NCBI GenBank assembly: GCA_963708075.1
Contig: OY970194.1
Span: forward strand, 3,680,001 to 3,744,000
Reading direction: 5' to 3'
Length of the DNA stretch: 64,000 nt
Source of the DNA: Sedimentisphaerales bacterium
Lineage (GTDB): Bacteria; Planctomycetota; Phycisphaerae; Sedimentisphaerales; Anaerobacaceae
Position numbers and translations under genes: made by a program. The notes beneath the pieces are model-generated. The model did no database searches, was not told the origin of the DNA, and saw only the letters and a program-made list of their open reading frames with translations. Positions 9,189-18,741 of this stretch are shown piece by piece; the first letter of the stretch is position 1, and each line of letters opens with the position of its first letter.

Positions 9189-10825
9189 CTACCGATGACA
9201 AAAGACATCGGCGGCCACATCGCACAGGAATCGTCTGATCCTGTCGTGGTACTGCCGGTAGAACTCCGCCGGGAGGCTGTAGAACATGGGCCGGTTGACG
9301 AACTGGCCGTGCTGATCGCGCCTGCCGACGGAGGCAAAGTTGTAGTGGTGAAATACCGCGTGATGCGGCGAGGGAGCCGGATCGCCGCCGCTCTCGTACT
9401 CGCGGAGGCAGCGCACGGCGAACCCCGATCCGGCCGCCGCCTCGCGGCGCGCGTAGGTCAGGGTGTCGTCCCACCACAACTGGAACCGCTCCCGATCACA
9501 CTCCCACAGCACCTGGCCGAAAATGACCTGCAAGGAGGGCGACACTTTGAAGTGGTTTCGCCCCTCAGTGGCACGGCCTATGGCCTGCCGGGCGGCGGCG
9601 GACAAATCATCGCCGGAGTGGATGTCCAGCATGATGTCGGAGTCCACGGCGATGGCGTGGAGCCGCCGGAGCCGCTCCCCAAATTCGACCAGGCCGGCCG
9701 CATCGTAGTCCTGTCCCTTGACAATGCCAACGTTCGGAGCGATGTGCGTCATGGGAATCCCCCGTCGCCTTAATTCTTCAGCGAGGAAGGTCAGTTCCGC
9801 TTCCGTGGTCAGGCAGGCGGAGGCCGTCATGCCCGGCGGGCACTCATCGATGCTCAACTCGAGATCGAAGGGGGCATCGGCCTTGAGATTCTTGATATGC
9901 GCCGCGAGTTCTGCTACGACATCAAGGGCTGCTCCATACTTCCGATCTATGTAGCCCAGCCGCCCTCGGCTGGGATCACCCCCGGGGGCGGGGGTGCTAC
10001 ATTGTAAAGTCTGCGCTTTATAATCAATGATGTCGGAGACATCGAGCGTAAAGAACGTGTAGTCGCGGGCGGCGTCGATGATGCGCTTGGCTCGTGCCAG
10101 CCCGCCCGGGCCTCGCCGGATCGTGATATGGTCCGCATCCGCCCCATACACGGGGTGCGTGTCCGTCTTCAACGCCTCGATTACGCCGGCCACCCAGAGG
10201 CCCTCGAATGTGCTGCCGGTGTGTCCTTCGTCGAGCGTGCCGAAGCCGTACAGATAGTTGCTCCGTGGCGGCCGGCCCGCCAGCACATCCTCCAGGAGAT
10301 TCAGCTCGCGCACGGAATTCTGGATGGCATTTGACGTAAATTGGCCCTCGTCCATCGCCTGCCAGATGCCCGGCCAGACGGATGTGGACATCCGTGTGCC
10401 GATCCCCAATCTTGGTACGGCCCCCATTGCCCGGGGGCCCTTGTCCGGCCGCAGCGTTCCGATGTAGCGTCGAATCGTCGCCAGATCAGAGGCGTACACT
10501 GCCAGAAACAGCTCCTCAGTCAAAGGCATTTTATGTAGCGTGTCGCCGAGGCAGCCTGTGTTCCGTTCTGGTCCAATCTCGACAAAGACATGCTGGCCGT
10601 CCGACAGTCGAGCGAGGCAGTACACGTTCTGACCGTGCTGCCGCAGGACCCGCGATAAACCTCGCAGGATTTGTGGCCGGCGACGATCCGACCCTCCGTG
10701 ACAGCCTTCCAGTACGAGGGCTCCACAGAAGCAATGACGCGCCACGCCCGTTCCGGGTCCCACGTGACGGTGTCCAGGACAGCGGGGTTGACCGCCGGAT
10801 CGATCTCGAGTTGACCGAATCTCAT
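9189..10825 (-). CDS. uxaE: Divergent tagaturonate/fructuronate epimerase (UxaE family), apparent 1-bp frameshift near 10646
   Basis: QNSVREL, GADADH, FTLD, ELSIDE, APN..KGQDY, IHSG, HFK follow the UxaE motif order; N-terminus MRFGQLEI... lies in another frame and joins at EVYRGS/LRQHGQ. Confidence 0.72.
9951..10000. repeat. GTAG-type REP doublet in frame within the UxaE-like gene
   Basis: GTAG-CCCAGCCG-CCCT-CGGCTGGG and inverted GTAG-CACCCCCG-CCCC-CGGGGGTG. Confidence 0.85.
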
Positions 10826-10838
10826 AGTCTGGGCAGCG

Positions 10839-10908
10839 ATGGTAATGTGCCGAGCCCGCACCGTCAATCCAAGAAACCGTTGCCATGCCATCCGCCATCC
10901 CGTATAAC
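10839..10908. promoter_or_regulatory. Putative back-to-back sigma70-type promoters
   Basis: Minus strand TTGACG-N17-TACCAT (10867-10839) before ATG 10825; plus strand TTGCCA-N17-TATAAC (10880-10908) before ATG 10915. Confidence 0.5.
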
Positions 10909-10914
10909 TCGGCC

Positions 10915-12472
10915 ATGGCGCGTGACGAACACAACAGGCACAACCCACCGGAGCCCGCGCAGACCGCAGGGATCGAGTCCCCGCCCCGGACGGTTCTGGG
11001 CACGCTGAGCCGGCTCGGGCCGGGCATGATCATCGCCGGCTCCATCGTCGGCTCCGGTGAGCTGATCCTCACGACCAAAGCCGGGGCCGAGGCGGGCTTC
11101 TGGCTGTTGTGGCTGATCATCATTGGATGCGTGATCAAAGTCTCCACGCAAATCGAGTTCGCCCGGCACACGATCACCTGGGGCGAGACGCTCGCTATCG
11201 GCCCTCAACGGCGTGCCCGGCCCCCGGCTGAGGGTCAACTGGCTCCTGTGGTACTGGACCTTCATGACGATCCTCGTCGTCTTCCAACAGGGCGGCATCC
11301 TCGGCGGCGTCGGGCAGACCCTCGCGATCGGCTGCCCCCTGACCCACGACGGAGCCGAGTACAACCGCCTGCAGGATGAGCTGGTCAGGAGCCAGATCGA
11401 GCGCCAATCACTCCTGGCCCAAGGGCACAATGACCCGCAGACCGCGGCGCTGCAGCAGGATATCGACCGGCTCAAAGAGCAGATCGCGGGCCGAAGCGAG
11501 CCCAGCGACCCGTACTTGTGGGCGGCGATCCTGGCCGTCGTGACGTCAATCCTGCTGTACGTCGGCAGGTATCAGCTCATTCAGGTTATCGCAACGGCAC
11601 TCGTGGCGACCTTCACGCTCGTGACCGTCCTCACCGTCGTTGCGCTGCAGATGCGGACCGGATGGGCCATTCGAGTTGAGGAGCTGGCGCAAGGACTCAG
11701 TTTCCACTTGCCGCCCGCCGACCCTGCCAGCGGCGCCAACCCGATGCGCACGGCCTTCGGGGCTTTCGGCATCATCGGCATCGGGGCCGCGGAGCTGATC
11801 ATGTACCCCTACTGGTGCCTGGAGAAGGGGTACGCAAGGTTCACCGGCCCTCGTGACGGCACGGCCGGGTGGATCGTGCGCGCCCGCGGCTGGATTCGCG
11901 TGCTACACATCGATGCCTGGACCTCCATGGTCGTATACACGTTCGCGACGCTGGCCTTCTACCTGCTCGGCGCCGCCGTGCTCGGCCGGATCGGGCTGCA
12001 CCCTGGAGACCGTGACATGGTCCCCACGCTGGCGGCCATGTACATCCCCGTCTTCGGCCCGCTGGCGTATGTGATCTTTCTCTCCGGGGCGTTCGCCGTG
12101 CTGTACTCGACGCTCTTCGTCGCCGCCGCGGGCAATTCGCGGATGGTCGCCGATGCTCTGGGGCTCTATCGCCTCGCGGACGGTTCGGAGGCGGGCAGGA
12201 CCGTGTGGACGCGCCGAATCAGCGCGGTCTGGCCCTTTGCTGCATTGATCCTGTATGTATTCGTGCGAGCGCCGCAGACAATGATCGTGGTCTGCGGTCT
12301 CGCTCAATCCGTCATGCTGCCGTTGCTCGGGGCGGCGGCGCTATACTTCCGCTATCGCCGGAGCGACCCGGCCCTGCGCCCGGGCCGGCTCTGGGACACC
12401 ATGCTCTGGGTTGCTTTCGCGGCTTTCCTGGCCGTCGGCGGCTGGTCGGTCTTCACCGTCCTCGCAAGATAG
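10915..12472 (+). CDS. Nramp/APC-fold transporter, apparent 1-bp frameshift near 11191
   Basis: LGPGMIIAGSIVGSGEL, then GET/SLSALNGVPGP across the shift; YPYWCLEKGY; many TM helices. Confidence 0.82.
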
Positions 12473-12500
12473 GTCCCATAGGTCCTATCCGTCCTATCCT
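12469..12500. repeat. Degenerate 9-mer tandem array between convergent genes
   Basis: ATAGGTCCC ATAGGTCCT ATCCGTCCT ATCCT. Confidence 0.6.
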
Positions 12501-13387
12501 CTTACCTGCACCTTGGCAAGTTGCTCGTAGAACTCGATGATCCCCCCGTGATCGTTGCCGGCTTTGCCGCCCGCCTTCAGGGCCTGCAGGACCTCCATCA
12601 CCACGCTCGACAGCGGCACGGGCACGCCAAGCTCGTGAGCGGTATCCAACGCGTTGGCCATGTCTTTGATGTGCAGCTCGATCCGGAACCCCGGCTTGAA
12701 ATTGCCCTTGAGAGCCAGCGGCATCTTGGCTTCCAGCACGGCGCTGCCCGCCAGGCCGCCCCGGATCGCCTGGAAGACCTTCTCCGGCTCGACGCCAGCC
12801 TTCGTCGCCAGGACCATCGCCTCGGATACTGCCGCAATGTTCAGGGCTACGATGATCTGGTTGGCGAGCTTGGCGACGTTGCCGCTGCCAATGTCGCCCA
12901 CACGAGTGACGGAAGAGCCCATCGCGGCCAGGATATCCTTGACCTTCTCGAAGACATCCTGCGGCCCCCCCACCATGATCGCCAGCGTCCCGGCAATGGC
13001 CTTGGGCTCGCCGCCGCTGACAGGAGCATCGAGCATGGCGATGCCCTTTTCCTGGACCTTGGCCGCAATCTCGCGGCTGGCTAATGGTGAGATCGAGCTC
13101 ATATCAATCAGGATCGTTTCGCGTCTGGCGCCCTCGAGCACGCCGTTGGGCCCAAGCACGGCCTCGCGCACGTGCGGCGAGTTCGGCAACATCGTGATAA
13201 CGATGTCGCTCTTGGCAGCGACATCTTTGCTCGACGCCCCCTTCCGGGCGCCGACCTTGGCCAGCTCATCCGCCCTCTGAGCGACGATATCATACACGGT
13301 CAGCTCGTGTCCTGCCTTGACAAGATTTTGGGCCATGGGCTTGCCCATGATCCCCAACCCGATGAATCCAATTTTCGCCACGGCCAA
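12494..13387 (-). CDS. garR: 2-hydroxy-3-oxopropionate (tartronate semialdehyde) reductase
   Basis: IGFIGLGIMGKPM, DAPVSGGEPKAIAGTL, KLANQIIVALNIAA, NFKPGFRIELHIKD, FYEQLAKV closely follow GarR. Confidence 0.9.
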   Translation of the reverse strand: MAVAKIGFIGLGIMGKPMAQNLVKAGHELTVYDIVAQRADELAKVGARKGASSKDVAAKSDIVITMLPNSPHVREAVLGPNGVLEGARRETILIDMSSISPLASREIAAKVQEKGIAMLDAPVSGGEPKAIAGTLAIMVGGPQDVFEKVKDILAAMGSSVTRVGDIGSGNVAKLANQIIVALNIAAVSEAMVLATKAGVEPEKVFQAIRGGLAGSAVLEAKMPLALKGNFKPGFRIELHIKDMANALDTAHELGVPVPLSSVVMEVLQALKAGGKAGNDHGGIIEFYEQLAKVQVRG

Positions 13388-13399
13388 TTCCTTAAGAGG

Positions 13400-13419
13400 G
13401 AAGGTGTGCGGTGCACACC
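13400..13419. repeat. Short palindromic repeat, inverted copy at 15400-15419
   Basis: GAAGGTGTGCGGTGCACACC is the exact reverse complement of GGTGTGCACCGCACACCTTC. Confidence 0.75.
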
Positions 13420-13436
13420 AATAGCACTCGTGTTCT

Positions 13437-14470
13437 TTACAGCCGAAGATTCTCCATCAGCTTCCAGCCGCTCTCGATGAACTGCGAGAGCGTTCTCTGT
13501 GTGACGCCGTAGGTGATGAAGTCGGCCGGTTTCATACCGTCGGGCTCGTACGCACGCACGAAGTCCGGGATCTGCGACAGCCGCTCGATCACATCGGCGG
13601 GAATCTCTCTGTCGATTCGCTCTTCCTGCGGCAGCTCCGGCGCCAGCAGCATCTCCTGAATCGACGGGAAGATCGACATGATGACCTCGGCCCCGGCCAG
13701 TTCCGTCATGTGATGCGTGCCTCGCAAGGCCGCGACCAGCAGGACCGTCTCATAGCCGCGCTGCTTGTAGATGGAATAGGCCCGCTTCGTGACGGCCAAT
13801 CCCGCCTGGCGGATGTCCGACTCGCTGACCTCGGCCCGGCAGTCATGGGCGACCTCCCGCAGATAATCATCCAGCCGACCGATCATGATCACGGCGAAGC
13901 ACTTGCCCGGCGTGACGCCTTTGGCCCTCGCCCGCTGCAGGCCGCGCCGGTACCGCTCCGCAATCGCGATGGTCTGCGGAACCGTGTAGCTGATCGTCAG
14001 CGTGCACGTGATGCCTTCGGCGGCGCAGTCCTCCAGCACGTCGAGCCCCGCCGCCGTCGCGGGCAGCTTCACGGCGATATTCGGGGCCCACCGGGTGAAC
14101 CGCCGGGCCATGGCCAGCATGGTCTCGCGGTCCCCTGCCCGATTCGGATTCACCTGGGCACACACGTGCCCTGTCGCCCAGCGGGTCTTCTCATACTGCG
14201 GCAGCAACTGTTCGGCCACGTGCGCAACCACTATCCGCATCAGCCCTTCCGCGCGATTCTCCGGCTCAGCGCTTTGGGCAAGCACGTTCTTGATTTCGGC
14301 CGCCCATGCGGTCTTGTTGGCCGAAAGTGCAACGCTGGCCAGAAACGGGTTGGTCGTCGCCCCGATGGCCCCGCGCCTGATCCCAGCGCCAGTTCCGCCG
14401 GATCGGCGGAATCATGCCACCAAGTTGTCTTCGTTCTGTCAGTCAACCACTGCAGGTACTGTTGTTTCAT
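13437..14470 (-). CDS. Transaldolase/FSA-family Schiff-base enzyme, apparent 1-bp frameshift near 14383
   Basis: WWHDS, GATTNP, VCAQV, NIAVKLPATAAG, IMIGRLDD, AALR; adding one G to the GGG run at 14382-14384 fuses ORFs 14240..14524 and 13437..14285. Confidence 0.87.
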
Positions 14471-14495
14471 GCGGCACTCCTGTCTGATCCGCCAT

Positions 14496-14628
14496 AGAAT
14501 AAGACCCCCCGCCTCTCCGGGCAAGGGGAACCCTGAGAAATCTCAGTCTGACGGGTATCGGCCGAGAAATTGCCGTTGTCTCGTGCGGCAAGCTCCCATT
14601 TGCACTCCCACCGGGCCGTACCTACAAT
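14496..14628. promoter_or_regulatory. Putative divergent sigma70-type promoters
   Basis: Minus TTGCCC-N17-TATTCT (14524-14496); plus TTGCAC-N17-TACAAT (14600-14628). Confidence 0.45.
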
Positions 14629-14669
14629 GGCAGCGTGGTCCTAAGATCATTTGGGCATTGCGAGCAAGT

Positions 14670-15317
14670 ATGAAGAAAACGCGATATACAGGCGGGCGTC
14701 CGAATAAGCGTGACCGCAAGCCCCTTGTGGTTGTCGGAATTGATCTTGCCGGATCACCTCGCCGGCCGACGGGAGTATGCGTTCTGCGAGGGATGACGGC
14801 GCGGACACAGATTGCGTTCACGGATGATGAGATACTGAACTCGATAGTACAAGCACAACCCAAGATCGTTCCCATCGATGCACCGCTGAGTCTGCCCGGC
14901 GGACGCAAGACAATCCATGACTCGTCCGGTGAGCACTTTCGGGACTGCGATCTTGAACTGCGCAACCGCGGCATTCGGTTCTTTCCCGTCACACTGGGCC
15001 CGATGCGGATGCTCACGGAACGCGGCATTGCGCTCAAAGCGAAGATAGAAGAGATGGGCTATCGTGCGGTTGAGTGTTATCCCGGCGGCGCACAGGACGT
15101 GTGGGGCATCCCGCGCCAGCACCACGATCTTCAAGGACTCCGCAGGGGTTTGGAGGACCTGGGAGTGAGAGGACTGACAGGGGCGATGACGGGCGACGAG
15201 CTGGATGCAGTGACCGCGGCCCTGGTCGGCCGGCGGTTTCTTTTGGGTAAAGGTGAGACCCTCGGGGGCAAGGGAGGAATCATCATGCCCGTCGCGACCC
15301 GGAAATCCAAAAGGTGA
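14670..15317 (+). CDS. DUF429 family protein (predicted RNase H-like nuclease)
   Basis: VGIDLAG, IDAPLSLP, RDCD, ECYP, DELDA motifs. Confidence 0.82.
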   Translation: MKKTRYTGGRPNKRDRKPLVVVGIDLAGSPRRPTGVCVLRGMTARTQIAFTDDEILNSIVQAQPKIVPIDAPLSLPGGRKTIHDSSGEHFRDCDLELRNRGIRFFPVTLGPMRMLTERGIALKAKIEEMGYRAVECYPGGAQDVWGIPRQHHDLQGLRRGLEDLGVRGLTGAMTGDELDAVTAALVGRRFLLGKGETLGGKGGIIMPVATRKSKR

Positions 15318-15395
15318 TGAGTTCGTCCGAAGTTCTTGAGTTTTGGGTGGCATGCACAGGCCCGACCTCAAGAATATGGGACAAAGCCAATACTC

Positions 15396-15419
15396 GTAGG
15401 GTGTGCACCGCACACCTTC
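15396..15419 (+). repeat. GTAG-type REP, single
   Basis: GTAG-GGTGTGCACCGCACACC hairpin between convergent genes. Confidence 0.7.
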
Positions 15420-15443
15420 TCATCTCCACTGGTCACATACTTG

Positions 15444-18400
15444 CTACAATTCGCTGCGCACGTGCACCTGCGGGACGGCGACGATGCCGGCCTCCCAGAG
15501 CTGGTAATCGTTCGACCACTGTCTGCCGCCGGTGATCCAGTGGCCGGGGCCGTAGGCGTCGGAGCGCTTGGGGACCAGGTGCAGCGGGCCGAACGTGTTA
15601 CGCCGCGTCAGGACCACATCCACGGAGATCGTGTCGCTCTCGCGGGCATCCTCCGTGATTTCCGCCTCATACGGTTGCCAGGCGATCATGCGCGGGGCAT
15701 GGCCCTCAGAGGAAACCTTCGCACAGGCGGCCTCAAACTCGGGTAGCTCGATGAAGAAACGCTCGCCCCCGGTCGGTCGCGGTCCCAGCGGGACCTCATA
15801 GCGGATCGTGCCGGAGTAGAACGGCAGGCCCTGCCTGGTGACATCGCCCGCCGCCAGCTTTTCGGGCAGATCGATCAGGACGCTCGATGCGCCTTCGATT
15901 CGTACGCCGAACTTGCCGATGAGATAGACGGCCTCGATGTTCTTGTCCTCGGAGAAGGCCATCTGCAATTCGAGCGAATTATCGCCCTTGATCAAGGCGT
16001 CCCCGGGCAGCGGGATTCTCCTGATGGCTGGGTCGATCCACCAGCCGGCGGGCTCAGAGGCGATCTGCCGGCCATTGAGTCTGATCATGAAGTGCTCCGG
16101 GTGCTCGATGCACAGTGTGACCGGCCCGGCCGGCACCGCCTCCGCGCGGAACGCAAAGGCCATCGTGACCTGGCCTTTGACCGGCGGCTGCGGTGAGTAC
16201 TTCCTGCTGAACCACGGCTGGACCATCTCCCCGCCGCGATGGGCCAGGCCGAACTGGTCCCGCACCGCCTGGTCGATCTTCAGGACCTCTTTCGCCTCCC
16301 GCCAATTGCCTTCGTCAATCCAGTACTTTGCCATATCGAGCACGCACACGTTGTCCTCGTTGAGGCTGTACTCGAACGGCCCGTCGCAGGCCCGTGTCTG
16401 CTTCTGCACGTACCGGGGCTTGGGCGCGATCCCTGCTGGTTTGTTGGCCGAGATCACGTAAGCATGTTCGCCGGAGGGCGGGAAATCCGCCCTGAATTCA
16501 AGGGTCCCGTCCTTCTCCTGCGCATCGATGGCGTACCGCTCGGCAGTCAGGCAGTTCCACTCTGCAACGTATCCCGCACCCGGCACGCGGATCACCGCAT
16601 CCTTGTACCCCTTGTCCCGGTTGACGTTCATGGCTACGAGGATTCTGCGGCCGTCGTCCACGCGCATCTGGCAGAAGATGTCCGTCAGTGACTCGCCGGA
16701 CTTTGCGTCCACGATCTGCACCGGCGGCCGGATGTGCTTCTTGACCTCGGCAATCACGCTTTGTCGGTCGAAGTTGCACTGGCTCACGTGCTTCGCGATC
16801 GCTGACGCAAGCGGGACCTCTTTCGCATCGACATACGCCGGTGGATCGCCCGCGAAGATCACTTTGCCGCCGGCCTTGTAGAACTTGTACAGCGTCATGA
16901 GCGTGTCGACGCGTATCGTGGTCATCTTGCCGACGAGGACCGCACGATAGGGCGCTTGGCCCACCCAGAGCACAGGCTGACCATCGGCGCCCGTCTCGAT
17001 GCGGCACAGGCGGCTCATCATCTCCTCGTCGCCGTAGTCGAAGTCGATCTGGGCCCCGGCCAGCCAGTGGAACAGGTCGAAGTACGCCCGCTCGATCTCT
17101 TGCACGGCGGCGTCCTTCGGTGTGGCTATATTGTGCGTCCAGTCCGCGTGCACCTGGCACCACAGGCTCTCGACGGGATTGATCACGAGCAGGTCGCAGT
17201 AGGGCTTGCCCTGCTGCAGAAGCAGGCCGAGCCGGGCGAAATAGGTCTCCACCGCCGCATAGTCCCGCCACCAGCCGGACTGGTAGAAGATGCTCGCCGG
17301 GTAGTCTCGCTTCGCCTCGCCCTCCATCGTGTACCACGCCAGGTGGGGACATCGCACATTGATCCCGAACAGGGCCTGCCAGTCGCCGATGGCCTTGTGG
17401 CCCTCGAAGTCGAGCTGCCAGCCGGTCACGCCGTCCAGCTCCGACAACAGCCATTTCTGCCCGAGCTGCCGGGCGGCCGAGCTGAGCTGCTTGACGATCC
17501 AGTAGCTACGGTTGCCCTCGGTGAGCACGTCCACGCCGGGACTGTGCATGGACTCGTAGAACCGCATGAGCGAACCCTGCATCGTCGTCTGGGCGGTCAG
17601 CGTGTCCTCATGCAGGACGTGGCCGGTCAATAGCATGTGATTCCGCTCGCACCAGTCGTAGATCGGCTCGGCCCAGTTTTCGAGGAACAACTGCTGGCAG
17701 GTCTCGACATAATAGTACTTCGTCAGGGTGACCGGCTGGCCATCCGGGCGAAGGAACAGCTCCGGCAGAGAATCCACCAGGTCATACCCGATGCGATATT
17801 GGAACTCCTCCGGCAGCTTGTCCGTCCAGGGAGTCATCCAACTGCCATCCGCGTTCGATATGCCGAACCCGCACATGAGGGCCCCGCGGTGCGGCTCGTC
17901 GGTGAAGATCCCTCGGATCGACTTGCCCAGCCGGTCGCCGCAGCGGGCCTTGTACTGCTCGTGCGTGAGCTTCAGGAAGTAGTCCGTCGCCTCGCGGTTC
18001 ATCGTGTCCGCGTACGTGTAGCCGTTATAGAAACTGCTCGGCGCCATCTCCTCAATGGTGAACACGAGAATAGTCTTGCCCGCATAATCCGAGGCCGACG
18101 TGTCACTGGGGATCCGCACGCAGTTGGAGTAGTCGAGCCCTTTCAGGTCGCAGGCAAACGCAGCGTAGATACCGTCTTTCCAGGTGAATTGCTCCGCCGG
18201 CACAGTCCGGAGCTTCATGAACTTGAGCCGGTACTTCGGCTCCTTCGTGACCAGCCCGCCCGCCGTGCCCGAAGGCCAGCGGTCCTCGTCATACAGCCAC
18301 GCCTCCATGCTCAGCTTCTCCGCCTCATCCGCACAGGCGTTGACCAGCGAGAACCACTCGTCCCCCAGGTACTCCGTCGCCAGCCCGGTCCGCGAGTGCA

Positions 18401-18647
18401 TGAAGAACCCGCCAAACCCCATGTCCTTCATGACATGGATCTGTCGGATCAGCTCATCCTTCTTCAGTTCCCCATTCCAAGCCCAAAACGGCTTGCCCCG
18501 ATACTCCGCCGGCGGCTCCCGAAACTGTGCGTATAACTGCCCTGCCGGCTTCGCCCGCCCCGCCCCCCGCAACCCTGCGCAGCCAGCGCCCAATACAACC
18601 ATCAGGACGAACAGCGAGGCGAGAATGAAACGGCATGCATATCGCAT
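15444..18647 (-). CDS. GH106-like (alpha-L-rhamnosidase-type) glycoside hydrolase, lipoprotein
   Basis: LGAGC lipobox; PFWAWNG, GFGGFFMHSRTGL, WLYDEDRWPSG, IFTDEP, PGVDVL, KRDYPAS. Confidence 0.8.
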   Translation of the reverse strand: MRYACRFILASLFVLMVVLGAGCAGLRGAGRAKPAGQLYAQFREPPAEYRGKPFWAWNGELKKDELIRQIHVMKDMGFGGFFMHSRTGLATEYLGDEWFSLVNACADEAEKLSMEAWLYDEDRWPSGTAGGLVTKEPKYRLKFMKLRTVPAEQFTWKDGIYAAFACDLKGLDYSNCVRIPSDTSASDYAGKTILVFTIEEMAPSSFYNGYTYADTMNREATDYFLKLTHEQYKARCGDRLGKSIRGIFTDEPHRGALMCGFGISNADGSWMTPWTDKLPEEFQYRIGYDLVDSLPELFLRPDGQPVTLTKYYYVETCQQLFLENWAEPIYDWCERNHMLLTGHVLHEDTLTAQTTMQGSLMRFYESMHSPGVDVLTEGNRSYWIVKQLSSAARQLGQKWLLSELDGVTGWQLDFEGHKAIGDWQALFGINVRCPHLAWYTMEGEAKRDYPASIFYQSGWWRDYAAVETYFARLGLLLQQGKPYCDLLVINPVESLWCQVHADWTHNIATPKDAAVQEIERAYFDLFHWLAGAQIDFDYGDEEMMSRLCRIETGADGQPVLWVGQAPYRAVLVGKMTTIRVDTLMTLYKFYKAGGKVIFAGDPPAYVDAKEVPLASAIAKHVSQCNFDRQSVIAEVKKHIRPPVQIVDAKSGESLTDIFCQMRVDDGRRILVAMNVNRDKGYKDAVIRVPGAGYVAEWNCLTAERYAIDAQEKDGTLEFRADFPPSGEHAYVISANKPAGIAPKPRYVQKQTRACDGPFEYSLNEDNVCVLDMAKYWIDEGNWREAKEVLKIDQAVRDQFGLAHRGGEMVQPWFSRKYSPQPPVKGQVTMAFAFRAEAVPAGPVTLCIEHPEHFMIRLNGRQIASEPAGWWIDPAIRRIPLPGDALIKGDNSLELQMAFSEDKNIEAVYLIGKFGVRIEGASSVLIDLPEKLAAGDVTRQGLPFYSGTIRYEVPLGPRPTGGERFFIELPEFEAACAKVSSEGHAPRMIAWQPYEAEITEDARESDTISVDVVLTRRNTFGPLHLVPKRSDAYGPGHWITGGRQWSNDYQLWEAGIVAVPQVHVRSEL

Positions 18648-18684
18648 TTCGGTTCTCCAAAGCAGGGATGTGCAACAATGAATC

Positions 18685-18726
18685 AAAACGCAAAGGACGG
18701 AGGAGAGCGATGTCTCCCCTCCGTCC
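18685..18726 (-). terminator. Possible intrinsic terminator
   Basis: GGACGGAGG...CCTCCGTCC stem followed by TTTGCGTTTT on the minus strand, just after stop at 18742. Confidence 0.5.
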
Positions 18727-18741
18727 ACTATTTCACAGCTT

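Noticed and set aside
9189..11177. 662-aa ORF as the real UxaE-like protein
   Set aside because: Its first ~175 aa overlap the transporter antisense. A promoter-like motif and an alternative frame support a start at 10825 with a frameshift.
12494..14470. Sulfoquinovose (sulfo-transaldolase) pathway
   Set aside because: No sulfoquinovosidase or SQ isomerase recognised. The reductase matches GarR closely and is linked to glycerate kinase and UxaE, which favours a uronate.
13710..14669. Long N-terminal extension of the DUF429 ORF
   Set aside because: Antisense to the transaldolase-like gene; DUF429 motifs begin after ATG 14670.
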